From a bacterium (lineage in GTDB: Bacteria; UBA8248): DNA of 64,000 nucleotides. The stretch is taken from positions 672,001 to 736,000 of the forward strand of contig CBDBZU010000004.1 of NCBI GenBank assembly GCA_965213625.1, written 5' to 3'. How positions within the stretch are numbered: the stretch's first letter is position 1; every line of letters starts with the position of its first letter. The notes under the pieces are model-generated. The model worked only from the letters and a program-made list of their open reading frames with translations. It searched no databases and had not been told where the DNA came from. The position numbers and the translations under genes were made by a program. Positions 19,196-28,441 of the stretch are shown in pieces.

Positions 19196-20077
19196 TTATC
19201 CCGTCACGGCGACCCAGGCGACGTCCGTGAGCTTCTTCGACGACTCTCGTACGTCGCTTAGTTGCGCCAATGTAGGTTCTACCCATTCTTTCCAACGATG
19301 GTTCGCGTCTCCCTCGACCGGGCACAACGCTGCTGCAGCGTTCATGAAAGCCACCTGAGCCGCAAGGTAGGACATCAGGCTCAAGAACACGAACTCATCC
19401 TCAACCCTGTCGATCGACATGACACCCCCGCGCCACGATACCCCTTTCCAATCCGCCACCCTGCCGTGGCTGAAGTTCTCGCTCAAGTAGCGGTACCAGT
19501 CACTGCCTCCTGCGAGGGTCGCCACCTTATCTGCCTGATTGAAACGCCGCTCCTTGCGTCTCTTCGGTTTGGGTGCTCCGACAGATGCCGCCGCAGCTTC
19601 CTGCGCCTCCGCCTCCACCTCACGCAACTCTTCGGGACTGACCTGGCCCTTGGTTATTCTGCGGAGTGTCTGAAAATGGTCCGCGTTCAGGCGGGTTCCT
19701 AATACTTCTATGGCCCGCTCCCGCGACATCTGCACGTCCGGCGCAATCATCGTGTTGTGGAAAATGAACACGACCTGCCCGGCACACTCGAGGGCCGGCC
19801 TCATCTGCACCGCGAGCGAGTGCAGGTTGCTGGTTTCGTTGGCTCGGAGGACGGCGTCCGTGTGTATCCGCGCCTTGCGAAGCAGCAGCGCGCCTGTGAT
19901 CCGAATCGCGCTGGCCGGATCTGCATTGAGATCGATTTCCGCTGTGGCCTCACGCCAACCGCCGGTTACATCCAGCCTCCGCTCGAGCTTGCGCGTCGTC
20001 GCGACCGCCTCCGTCAGCAGCTTTGCCATGTCCGTGCGATAACGGGCAATGTCTGGTCTCGACGGCTTGTTACTCAT
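19196..20077 (-). CDS. Hypothetical alpha-helical protein, weakly HEPN/DUF5677-like
   Basis: Long ORF with MRPALEC and WYRYLSENFSHG motifs; family call is tentative. Confidence 0.55.
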   Translation of the reverse strand: MSNKPSRPDIARYRTDMAKLLTEAVATTRKLERRLDVTGGWREATAEIDLNADPASAIRITGALLLRKARIHTDAVLRANETSNLHSLAVQMRPALECAGQVVFIFHNTMIAPDVQMSRERAIEVLGTRLNADHFQTLRRITKGQVSPEELREVEAEAQEAAAASVGAPKPKRRKERRFNQADKVATLAGGSDWYRYLSENFSHGRVADWKGVSWRGGVMSIDRVEDEFVFLSLMSYLAAQVAFMNAAAALCPVEGDANHRWKEWVEPTLAQLSDVRESSKKLTDVAWVAVTG

Positions 20078-20582
20078 CCGCTCACACCCCAATCCTCGAG
20101 TCAATGGTCAGCACCCCGACGCCTGCGACGTGCTCGGGTGGTTCCCGACGTTCCCATTCATGGGCGTCTCTCCTTCGCTTTCGAATCTTTCGCCCCGCTC
20201 GCCCGTCCTGTGTCATGCAGGCGGAAATTCGAACCGTCCGCACTGAGGACGGAAATAAAGCAAAAACCGGCTGTTTGCAAGGGTTTTCGATATCCGGTTT
20301 CCAACGCTTCCCGAAAATTCGCGTCCGCACATGAGACCGCCCGCGCGGGACCCGCATAACCGATGGGATGGACGCGCCCGATTGATCGGTTTTCTAAAAC
20401 CTTCACCAACTCGCAGGAGAACATCTCGCCTACGCGTTCGGAGCGTCCGGGGTTCACACGTACAAATTCTCCATGTCATCGGCGCTGCAGGTTCGGGCTT
20501 TTGGACGATCCGTTTCTATCGGAACGGAAACCGGAGTGTGCTCTGCGGGAGGTCTTCGTTTCACCTCGAGCCGTCCGGGCGT

Positions 20583-21737
20583 TCAGAGGACACCCTCCCG
20601 GGTTTCGGCGAGCACCATATCCACTACGGAGCGCATGGCCTCTTCGCGGCTCTCGCCATTCAGGCGGCAAAGACGGAAATGATCGACTTGCCGATCTGCG
20701 CTGCTGCCCTCCCGGATGATGGTGAGCACGTGGCGCATTTGATCCTCGCACGCCAGTGCCCGGGCGTCGGGGGTGAGTTTCTCGATCAGTTCCGTTGCGT
20801 AGTCCTCGATGTCCACCCGCCCTCCAAGGTCCATGTCGCCGAGAAAGGCCAGCACACCGTACCGCTGGGCGAGCCAGCGGTTCTCGGCGATAATCTCCGT
20901 GGGCGGCTCGGGCGGGAGGCGACCCTCACCGTCCAGGCGCGCCAGCCACCGGATCAGGGAGGCGTAGAGAGCGATGATGCTCGCGGCGTCCTCGAGGCGC
21001 GGGCAGGTATCACAGATGCGAAGCTCCACCGTCGGGTGAGCGTTGGAGGGGCGAATGTCCCACCACACTTCGCTGCCGTCCCTGATGACTTCGATGCGCC
21101 GGTAGTCGTCCACGATGCGGTCGTACTCCGCCCGGGTGCGCAACGGACCGGGAATGCTGGTGCGCGGAAGCACACCGAGGAGGTTCAGCCGCCAGGACTT
21201 CAAGCCGGTCTCACCCCCGCCGTAGAATGGCGAGGACGTCGACAGCGCGTGGAAAAGAGGAAGGTATCTCCGGAGCGCCGTCATGATCCGGATGCGCGAT
21301 TCCGGGTCGCCGAAGCCGGCGTGGACGTGCATGGCGGTCAGGCAGATCCGGCGGAAGCTCTCCTGATAGGTGGCCGCGAACCGCTCGTAGCGATCCTTCG
21401 GCGTGACCAGTTGCGCTCGCCATTGCGCGAAAGGATGCGTGGAGGCGGCCATCACGGCTGCGCCGTGCTCCTCTGCCGCCTCGATAACGACCCGCCGGGT
21501 CTCGCGCAGCGCCTCGCACGCATCGGCCACCGAGCCGCTGACGCGTGTATTGGTTTCGAGCTGGGCGCGAAGGAATTCGGGCACCACTTTGTGAGGGCCG
21601 CGCCTGCTTTCGCAAGCCGCAAGGATGCCCGGGTCGGGTTCGGCCAGAAGGTCGCGTGTGTCGGGATCGACGAGAAACAGCTCCTCCTCCACCCCAAGTG
21701 TGATCTCCGGAACTTCCCCGTGCGCGGAACCACTCAT
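20583..21737 (-). CDS. ybdK: Carboxylate-amine ligase (YbdK / GCS2 family)
   Basis: TLGVEEELFLVD, STHPF, MHVHAG, SSPF, WWDIRP, ELRICD, ENRWLAQRYG. Confidence 0.93.
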   Translation of the reverse strand: MSGSAHGEVPEITLGVEEELFLVDPDTRDLLAEPDPGILAACESRRGPHKVVPEFLRAQLETNTRVSGSVADACEALRETRRVVIEAAEEHGAAVMAASTHPFAQWRAQLVTPKDRYERFAATYQESFRRICLTAMHVHAGFGDPESRIRIMTALRRYLPLFHALSTSSPFYGGGETGLKSWRLNLLGVLPRTSIPGPLRTRAEYDRIVDDYRRIEVIRDGSEVWWDIRPSNAHPTVELRICDTCPRLEDAASIIALYASLIRWLARLDGEGRLPPEPPTEIIAENRWLAQRYGVLAFLGDMDLGGRVDIEDYATELIEKLTPDARALACEDQMRHVLTIIREGSSADRQVDHFRLCRLNGESREEAMRSVVDMVLAETREGVL

Positions 21738-22184
21738 TATTCAACCCCTCTATTCGGTGCGGAATGCCGCTCTTTGATGTTTCCGGACATGGAAGAGCAA
21801 GCTGGAAATTCATGATACTTCCCAGGGCAGCGCTTGTCATGCCGTGGCGCATCATTGCCGGCCCTGTATGCCTGCATGCACGCGATTACACCCCTCACAG
21901 TTGTATGGCCAAGGCATGGTTTTCCGGCCTGGCCATGGATGAGGAATCACTACCGGACACGTACCGCTTCTAGCATACTCCACTCATCCCCGGCTGCCTC
22001 CGGCGCCTCACGGCCCAAAGAAGCACCTGCATCGCGTCCGTGAACAACAGCCGCCTCACGTCGCTACGACCCCGGGGATGGTCATCAGGCGCAAAGCCTC
22101 CTCTCAAATGTTTCCCAGGCAGGACGAATCGAAGGCTTCCGCGCGCGCAGTCAACGAGACGCGAAGCGTCCCGGAGAATCATTT

Positions 22185-22555
22185 TCAGCGTTTGTCTCTC
22201 TCCTTCCATCCGGGCATCGGCAGTTTGTAGGAAACTTCCGCGAGTTCTTTCGGCCAGACGATTCTGCGCCGGCCGTCGAGAATCTGGAACGTCAGGCCGT
22301 CCCGATCATTGAGGTTGTTCTCATCCACCTTCCATCTTCCCATCACGGTCTGAAACGCCGAGGCGCGTAGCGTCTTCCAGACTTTTTCGCGATCATGGGA
22401 ACCCGCTTTCAGAATCGCCTGCCTCACCACCTCAATCGCCCCGTAGACCATGGCGACATGATCGCTGGGCTTCACTCCGTAGCGCTTCTCATAGGAGGCG
22501 ATGAGTTCTCTCATGCCCGGAAACTTCAGGGCGCCGGGTTGCGGTTCCCACTGGC
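22185..22555 (-). pseudogene. C-terminal remnant of a branched-chain amino acid ABC substrate-binding protein
   Basis: QWEPQ...YEKRYG..P..H...YGA...AILKAGS.DREKV...FQTVMG...FQIL.G...IVWP; N-terminal part replaced by intron-like sequence. Confidence 0.7.
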
Positions 22556-22798
22556 GGCGCTTCCGGTGTTGCCCCCACATGCTTAACAATGAAGGCGTCA
22601 TCAATTCATCGATTTCGAGGCTGCGCGGCGCCTCGTCACCTGCTGTTTACGCTTCACGGCGGGCGTTGCCGCACGCCACGCAAGACTCACTTCCGGCAGG
22701 CCGGTTTCACCTTTGCCGGGCGGGAGTCGAACCCCCTGGGTCACTACGAGAGGTTTCAGGTTATGGCATCCTCCTCTCCAGAGCTTAGCCAAGCGCAA
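22556..22798 (-). mobile_element. Group II intron 5' fragment (domain I), no RT ORF
   Basis: Begins TTGCG; contains AGGAGGATG..CTGAAACC, GGGTTCGACTCCCGCCCGG, CCGGAAGTGAGTCTTGCGTGG..GGCAAC..GTGAAGCGTAAACAG, GCCTCGAAAT, resembling bacterial group II intron 5' ends as recalled. Confidence 0.65.
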
Positions 22799-23048
22799 TA
22801 AGCGGCGGTCTTGGGAATGGGTTTTCATGGTTCAACTCTACTGTATGCAGTTTGGATTCCAGCGGAATCAGGAACTCTATCAGCCGCAGGAGTCAAGATT
22901 TGCAGCATCTCACGTTCCTGGTGGTGCAGATGTGTTCCTTTGAACATACCGGGCCGTTGCGACAAAGCGCTGAATGCGGATAACATCGAGGATCATCGAC
23001 TCTGGACTTAGTCGGTTCTTTTGCGTTTATCGAGAAAGGGAAATTACG

Positions 23049-25523
23049 ATGAGGATCGCTTTGGCGGCAGCCACCGCTTATGTAGTGCTGGCGGTGATGA
23101 TATCCCATGCCGGACCTCTCGCGCCGGCCCCGCAGGTCATCGCCGAATACGACCGCAAGTTCATCGAGCGCTCGGGTGCTCAGACGCTCGAGGAGCTGTT
23201 GGACACCGGCATCATCCGCTACTTTTTCACCGGGGGACGAGATCTGCTCGTCCTGGTGAACGGCAGACCCTACGCCACCACCGGCCAGAATCTGGATTCC
23301 CTGCCGCTCTCGGCCGTGGAGCGCATCGAGGTTCTGAGAGGCGAGAGTCTGAGCACGCTGGGCGGCCACGCCGCCATAAACGGCGCGTTCAATATCGTGC
23401 TCAGAAAGGACCTGGACGGTTTCGAGATGCGTACGGTTACGCGGAAGCCGAGCCGGGACGGTGGCGACGGCTGGCAGGGCAGTGTCTTCTGGGGCGGCGC
23501 GGTCGGCAAGGGAGGACGCATGACCATCGGCGCAGACATACTGGACCGTCAGGAAATCCTCGGCAAGAACCGGGAACACAGCCGCTCCGAGTGGGTCGAG
23601 GGCGGCAGCTTCAGCCAATCCAAGAATATCAGCGTCGGCGGCAACACCGTCTATGTCTCCCGGAGAGACGACCAGGGAGCACCTACCGCCTTAAGGTCAT
23701 TACCGCTGGGGGACTGCGACCCGGCGCAAGGCTATGCCGGCCCGCTCAGCAATCCGCCCGGTATCCGTACGGGCGACAAGGGCTGTGGTTACGCCTATGG
23801 AAACATCTGGTGGGATACCCCCAGCTATGAACAGAAGAGCGCCATCCTGAACCTGGAGCATCCGCTCGGTGGGGACGCCGAACTCCATCTGGACGCGAAC
23901 ATCAGGCAGGGCCGCGGGGCGTTCCGCTACGCGCCGTCGGTCGACGTGTTTTCCTTTACGCCGAACGAGACATTGCTGGATGAGCTCAAGAGAGCAGCCG
24001 GTTCCGACTTCCGGTTGGGAGAAAACGACGAATTCGTTGTGGGGCACCGCTTTATCGGCCACGGCAACCGTGACTGGGTGACGGATATCGAGGAATACGA
24101 CATTTCCGCAAGCGTCGAAGGTCGTCTGGATGAAGGTCTCGGCTATGACGTGCGCGTCAGCGCCTACCGGCTGGACCATTCCGTGTCCGGCGACACCTTC
24201 GTGCATGCCGGCAAGATCAGGGAAGAGATCGAGAGTGGGGCTTACAACCTCGTGAACCCGTTAGACCCGCGTAATTCCGCAGCGATCGAGAACAGCAGCT
24301 TACAGGAGGAGGATAATTTCAGTTCGGAGTATCTTGGCGCCCGGCTGGCGCTGGAGGGCTCAGGCTTCGCTATCGGCGGGCGCCTGACGGCATGGACCGC
24401 AGGGGTCGAACTGGAGAGCGTGGACGTGCGCCGCCTCCTGGTCTTTCGGGACAAGGACGGCTATACCCATGAAGTGACCGAGGTGCTCGGTTCCGGCGGA
24501 ACCAGCTATGCCGGCAAGCGCGACATTGCGGCGGCTTTTGCGGAGATGTCCCTGCCGCTGACCGACAAACTGGAAATCAGGGTCGGGGGACGCGGCGATG
24601 AATACGACGATATAGGCGGATTGGAATCGTGGCGTTTCGGGGCCGAATACCGGCTGACCGGCATCGTCACGCTGCGCGGCTCGTGGAGCGCGGGCGAGAC
24701 GTCGCCCTCGATGCGGCATATCTACAGCGACGCGTCGCAGGACCACCCTTATGTCGTTTGCGACCCCGGGAGCGGACCGCCGCCCCGCACATGCGATAGT
24801 CCGAACTTCCGGCAGGTGACGCGTGAGACAAGCGGCAACCCGGGTCTCGACCCCGCAGGCTCCGAGATGCTTTCTTTCGGCGCCGAGGCCCGCAAAGGGC
24901 CGTTCTATCTCGTTGCGGACTGGTATCGGCTCGCAATATCCGACCAGCCAGGGCAGAACACCGCCACCTGGGCCATGTTGAACCTGCAAGAATGCCGGGG
25001 CGGCAACCGGAATGACTGCATCGAGCGCATCGGCGGCGACATCACCATTCACGACAGCTTTGCGAACATTGTCGATACCGAGATTTCGGGCGTGAATTTC
25101 CGATACGGCGCGCGCATGAGAACGGGTTGGGGCGTTATCGGGTTGCGCGGGTTCTGGCGGCACGTCATCAGCACCAAACAGCAAATCGCGGGCGAAAAAC
25201 AGCGGTTTCCCCTCCCCCGGAATGCGGTGCGCGTCGTAGTCTCGGCCGGGCGTGACAATCTCACCGCTTTCTGGTCCACGAACTACCGCTCCGAAATCGA
25301 GAGTCAGTCGGGCGAAGGGAGGTTCAGGTCCTGGACCGGCCACGATTTGACGCTCGACTGGGAGCGGCCGCTAGGGCTGGAAAGCGTGCGGGTGACCGCG
25401 GGCGTGTACAACCTCACCGATGCCAAACTCTCGACGAATACAGCCAACCCCTCCGTTACGGACGGGCCCAGAGCGGCTGGTTGGGGCCGCACCTTCTTCC
25501 TCACTCTCAACATGCGGTTCTGA
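23049..25523 (+). CDS. TonB-dependent receptor
   Basis: Signal peptide, plug motif LVLVNGR...PLSAVERIEVLR, C-terminal GVYNLTD...GRTFFLTLNMRF. Confidence 0.9.
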   Translation: MRIALAAATAYVVLAVMISHAGPLAPAPQVIAEYDRKFIERSGAQTLEELLDTGIIRYFFTGGRDLLVLVNGRPYATTGQNLDSLPLSAVERIEVLRGESLSTLGGHAAINGAFNIVLRKDLDGFEMRTVTRKPSRDGGDGWQGSVFWGGAVGKGGRMTIGADILDRQEILGKNREHSRSEWVEGGSFSQSKNISVGGNTVYVSRRDDQGAPTALRSLPLGDCDPAQGYAGPLSNPPGIRTGDKGCGYAYGNIWWDTPSYEQKSAILNLEHPLGGDAELHLDANIRQGRGAFRYAPSVDVFSFTPNETLLDELKRAAGSDFRLGENDEFVVGHRFIGHGNRDWVTDIEEYDISASVEGRLDEGLGYDVRVSAYRLDHSVSGDTFVHAGKIREEIESGAYNLVNPLDPRNSAAIENSSLQEEDNFSSEYLGARLALEGSGFAIGGRLTAWTAGVELESVDVRRLLVFRDKDGYTHEVTEVLGSGGTSYAGKRDIAAAFAEMSLPLTDKLEIRVGGRGDEYDDIGGLESWRFGAEYRLTGIVTLRGSWSAGETSPSMRHIYSDASQDHPYVVCDPGSGPPPRTCDSPNFRQVTRETSGNPGLDPAGSEMLSFGAEARKGPFYLVADWYRLAISDQPGQNTATWAMLNLQECRGGNRNDCIERIGGDITIHDSFANIVDTEISGVNFRYGARMRTGWGVIGLRGFWRHVISTKQQIAGEKQRFPLPRNAVRVVVSAGRDNLTAFWSTNYRSEIESQSGEGRFRSWTGHDLTLDWERPLGLESVRVTAGVYNLTDAKLSTNTANPSVTDGPRAAGWGRTFFLTLNMRF

Positions 25524-25936
25524 GGGTGTGTTTGAGAATGTTCAGGGATAGAGGGTGAAGCGGAAGCAGTGCTGTGGAGATTTCCCGCGGGTTCCGTGAA
25601 CAAGCGCCCTCGACTTACGGTGGCCTGCGAACTATGGAATAGTCCCGTTACGAGGTCATGCATGAGATATCGGATTCCACATGAGAATCGGTGTCATGCG
25701 GACAGCTTCCGGAATTTCGTGTGCCGCCACAGTTGTGGTGCTCTGCACGCTCTTGTTTGGGAGGGGCGCCTGTTTCTCGTCTGAGCCGTGAAGGGATTAG
25801 GGGCGGTTTCTGGGTGCGGGCGTCGGGGTCGACATGCTCTCGGGCGCGCGGCAGGCAGGGCCGAACGCAATACGCCCGTATCGAACCAAAACCGGAATCA
25901 AGAATAACTCCCGATCCGGCGAGGGGGTTAAGTCGT

Positions 25937-26056
25937 TAAGGCGAACCCATGAGTCCGCTCGTAGTCATTCGTAGGGGCGGATCTGCGAGTCCGCTTGAAT
26001 CAAATCAGGAAAAGTGGACGAAAAAATAAGGGAGGACACACGGGTCCTCCCCTATA
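25937..26056. repeat. GTAG-type REP-like palindromes in inverted arrangement
   Basis: GTAGGGGCGGATCTGCGAGTCCGC at 25971 facing GGGAGGACACACGGGTCCTCCCCTATA at ~26030-26056; degenerate copy at ~25937. Confidence 0.55.
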
Positions 26057-26072
26057 AAAGAACAACGGTGTT

Positions 26073-26627
26073 TCACTCCGAAAAATAGCGCTCCATCCAC
26101 TGCTCGACGTCGAAGCTCCACACCTGGGCGCCTTCTTCGCGGAAAATGCTCTGGAACACCGGTTTCGACTCTCCGGCCTTCATCACCCGAAAGCCCCAGC
26201 GCACTTGATAATCCGCATCACCCACGTCGTCTCCTTCGTCAGCCTCACCGCCCCATGAGTCGCTCACAAGTATGACCCGGGAAAAGCGTCTCGACAAAAA
26301 AGAACGTAAATCGACGATGTCGTATTCTATCTGAACGAGGTAGTCGGGTTTCTCCAGTGGCGCGCCGCCCTCGTTCATCCGAACGCAGCGGAACCGGGGC
26401 GTAAACGACAATCCCTTGCAGGCGGCTTCGCGCACTTCGGCCTCCTCGGGGGTGAGGGGTGAGATGACGTGATCATCGGTGGGGACCAGCCTGGCCTGAA
26501 CGGCCACGAGATAACTCTCCTTGGGCTGGGCGCGGGAAATCCGCTGGAACGGGGAATCGGTGAGCTCAAAACCCCCGCATCCGCTCAGAAAAACCAACAT
26601 GGTGAGGCAAAAGGCAAGACGTTTCAT
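26073..26627 (-). CDS. Hypothetical lipoprotein
   Basis: MKRLAFCLTMLVFLSGC signal peptide with lipobox. Confidence 0.75.
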   Translation of the reverse strand: MKRLAFCLTMLVFLSGCGGFELTDSPFQRISRAQPKESYLVAVQARLVPTDDHVISPLTPEEAEVREAACKGLSFTPRFRCVRMNEGGAPLEKPDYLVQIEYDIVDLRSFLSRRFSRVILVSDSWGGEADEGDDVGDADYQVRWGFRVMKAGESKPVFQSIFREEGAQVWSFDVEQWMERYFSE

Positions 26628-26628
26628 C

Positions 26629-27063
26629 TCAAATCCTTTGGCCGGCGGCTAGGGAAACTTTTTTCTGCTGCGCATCGGCGGCGTATTCAATCTTCGGCCA
26701 TAAATCCCATGCGCGGGCGAGCACGCGCGCCTCGCCCTGATCGAGCAGGCTCACGCGCACCCCGCGCGATTGGTTCACGAGCTTCTTGTAGAGAATCGGC
26801 ACGTCGAGATCGCCCACGGCTTCATCCACCTCGCGAAAGCGCTCGAGACCTTTTTTCAGATTGGCGAGCGCGCCCTTGTGGTGGCGCTGCTGGAGTTTCA
26901 CGTAGCCCGCCGCAATCTGGATCAGTCCCTGGTAGAACTTCTTAGGCGTAGGCTCGGCGTGCATCCAGATGCCCTCCCACGCCTCGTGTGCGCACCAGTA
27001 CTCCCCCTGATTGAACAGGAATACGCCTGCGTCGCTGCGCGCTTCCCAGGGAATGGGGAACAA
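26629..27063 (-). CDS. DUF309 family protein
   Basis: LFNQGEYWCAHEAWEGIW...FYQGLIQIAA. Confidence 0.85.
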   Translation of the reverse strand: MFPIPWEARSDAGVFLFNQGEYWCAHEAWEGIWMHAEPTPKKFYQGLIQIAAGYVKLQQRHHKGALANLKKGLERFREVDEAVGDLDVPILYKKLVNQSRGVRVSLLDQGEARVLARAWDLWPKIEYAADAQQKKVSLAAGQRI

Positions 27064-27244
27064 TTTATTTCTCCACGTAGGGGAAACCCTCCGGCCCCGA
27101 TGGACGTCACGCCTTTACTGACGTGATGACCATTTCATGATACGGGGCGCTACGACCGCCGCACAAAGCGGACGCCCTTCTCTATAAGATAATCCTCTTC
27201 GCGTGAGGATGCTACCTGAAAATCGCCGATATAGAAGCAATTTT

Positions 27245-27288
27245 GTAGGGACAGGCCTCTGTGCCTGTCCAAGGTCGCGACCTGTCCC
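27245..27288. repeat. GTAG-type REP-like palindrome
   Basis: GTAGGGACAGGCCTCTGTGCCTGTCC followed by ..GACCTGTCCC. Confidence 0.5.
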
Positions 27289-27506
27289 AAAGAGTTAGTG
27301 CGGTTTTGTTCGTCATTCCGTAAGAGAAGGTGCTTTTCAACAGCCCATCAAAGGGGAACAGCTATCGAGGCTACGTCTTGGACTATTCTTTTCACATTTG
27401 TAAGGATCGATGCTCACATTCATTTTATCGGCACAAATAAACCGGCGGCCAGTTCCTTGCCGGCCGCCGGTTGTCTTACTAAATCCTGGTCACACGAGTT
27501 CCGCGC

Positions 27507-28412
27507 CTAGGGCGCGTTGCCCTTCGTCATGACGAAGGCCTGGATGACGTGGGACTTGGGCAGTTTCTCGCCCTTAGCCAGCTTGATGCCGTTTCGCACG
27601 GACACGCGCCCTTCCTCGTCGAAGGGAATCGCGAGGGTGGCCGTCATCTCACCGCGCTTGATGGCCTGCACCGCGTCCTTGATGGCGTCCATGCCGAAGA
27701 CGTTGATGCCCTTGCGGCCCGAGGCGCGGATAGCGCCCAGGACGCCCATCGCCATAGAGTCGTTGTAGCAGAACACCCAGTCGATCTTCTTGTTCTTCTG
27801 GAGGATGTTCTCCATCACCTCGAGCGCCTTGACGCGATTGTACATGCCCGTCTGGTGGGCGACGACCTTGATGCCCTTGTTCTTCGCCCACACGGCGTCC
27901 GAACCCGTTTTGCGATCATCCGAGGAGGCAGCGCCCGGGATGCCCGACATCACGACAAGGTTGCCCTTGCCCTTCATCCGCTTGACGACCCATTCGGCGC
28001 CGATGCGGCCCATCTCCTTGTTATCCGTACCCACGAAATGGACCACGGCGGGGTCGCTGTTCCAGCGCTGGACGGCGACGACCTTGATGCCCTTGGCCGC
28101 GGCCTTCCTGAGGGTGGGCTCGGTTCCCTTCGAGACCGTGTTCACGAAGAGCACGTCCACGCCCTTGGTGATCATGTCTTCGAGGTCGTTGACCTGCTTG
28201 GCGAGCTTGTCCTGGCTGTCGGTGATGATGATGTCGACGCCGTGTTTCTTCGCCTCCGAGCGCATGTGCTTGGCCACGGTGGCGTAGGCGGGGTGGTGTA
28301 GACCCGAGAAGGACGCCCCGAACCGGAGCTTCTTCATCGCCGCCTGGGCCGGCAGCGACCCCGCGACGGCCAGCGCGACCGCAAGGACCAGAACGCTTAT
28401 GGTTCTTTTCAT
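27507..28412 (-). CDS. Sugar (ribose-type) ABC transporter substrate-binding protein
   Basis: Signal peptide; VGTDN..G, G.PG, NDSMAMG, GMD motifs. Confidence 0.9.
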   Translation of the reverse strand: MKRTISVLVLAVALAVAGSLPAQAAMKKLRFGASFSGLHHPAYATVAKHMRSEAKKHGVDIIITDSQDKLAKQVNDLEDMITKGVDVLFVNTVSKGTEPTLRKAAAKGIKVVAVQRWNSDPAVVHFVGTDNKEMGRIGAEWVVKRMKGKGNLVVMSGIPGAASSDDRKTGSDAVWAKNKGIKVVAHQTGMYNRVKALEVMENILQKNKKIDWVFCYNDSMAMGVLGAIRASGRKGINVFGMDAIKDAVQAIKRGEMTATLAIPFDEEGRVSVRNGIKLAKGEKLPKSHVIQAFVMTKGNAP

Positions 28413-28441
28413 GGCTTTCTCCTTTGGTTAGGGATTCTCAC

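Noticed and set aside
22700-22760. tRNA-like GGTTCGACTCCC motif
   Set aside because: No cloverleaf or CCA end; better explained as part of the group II intron fragment
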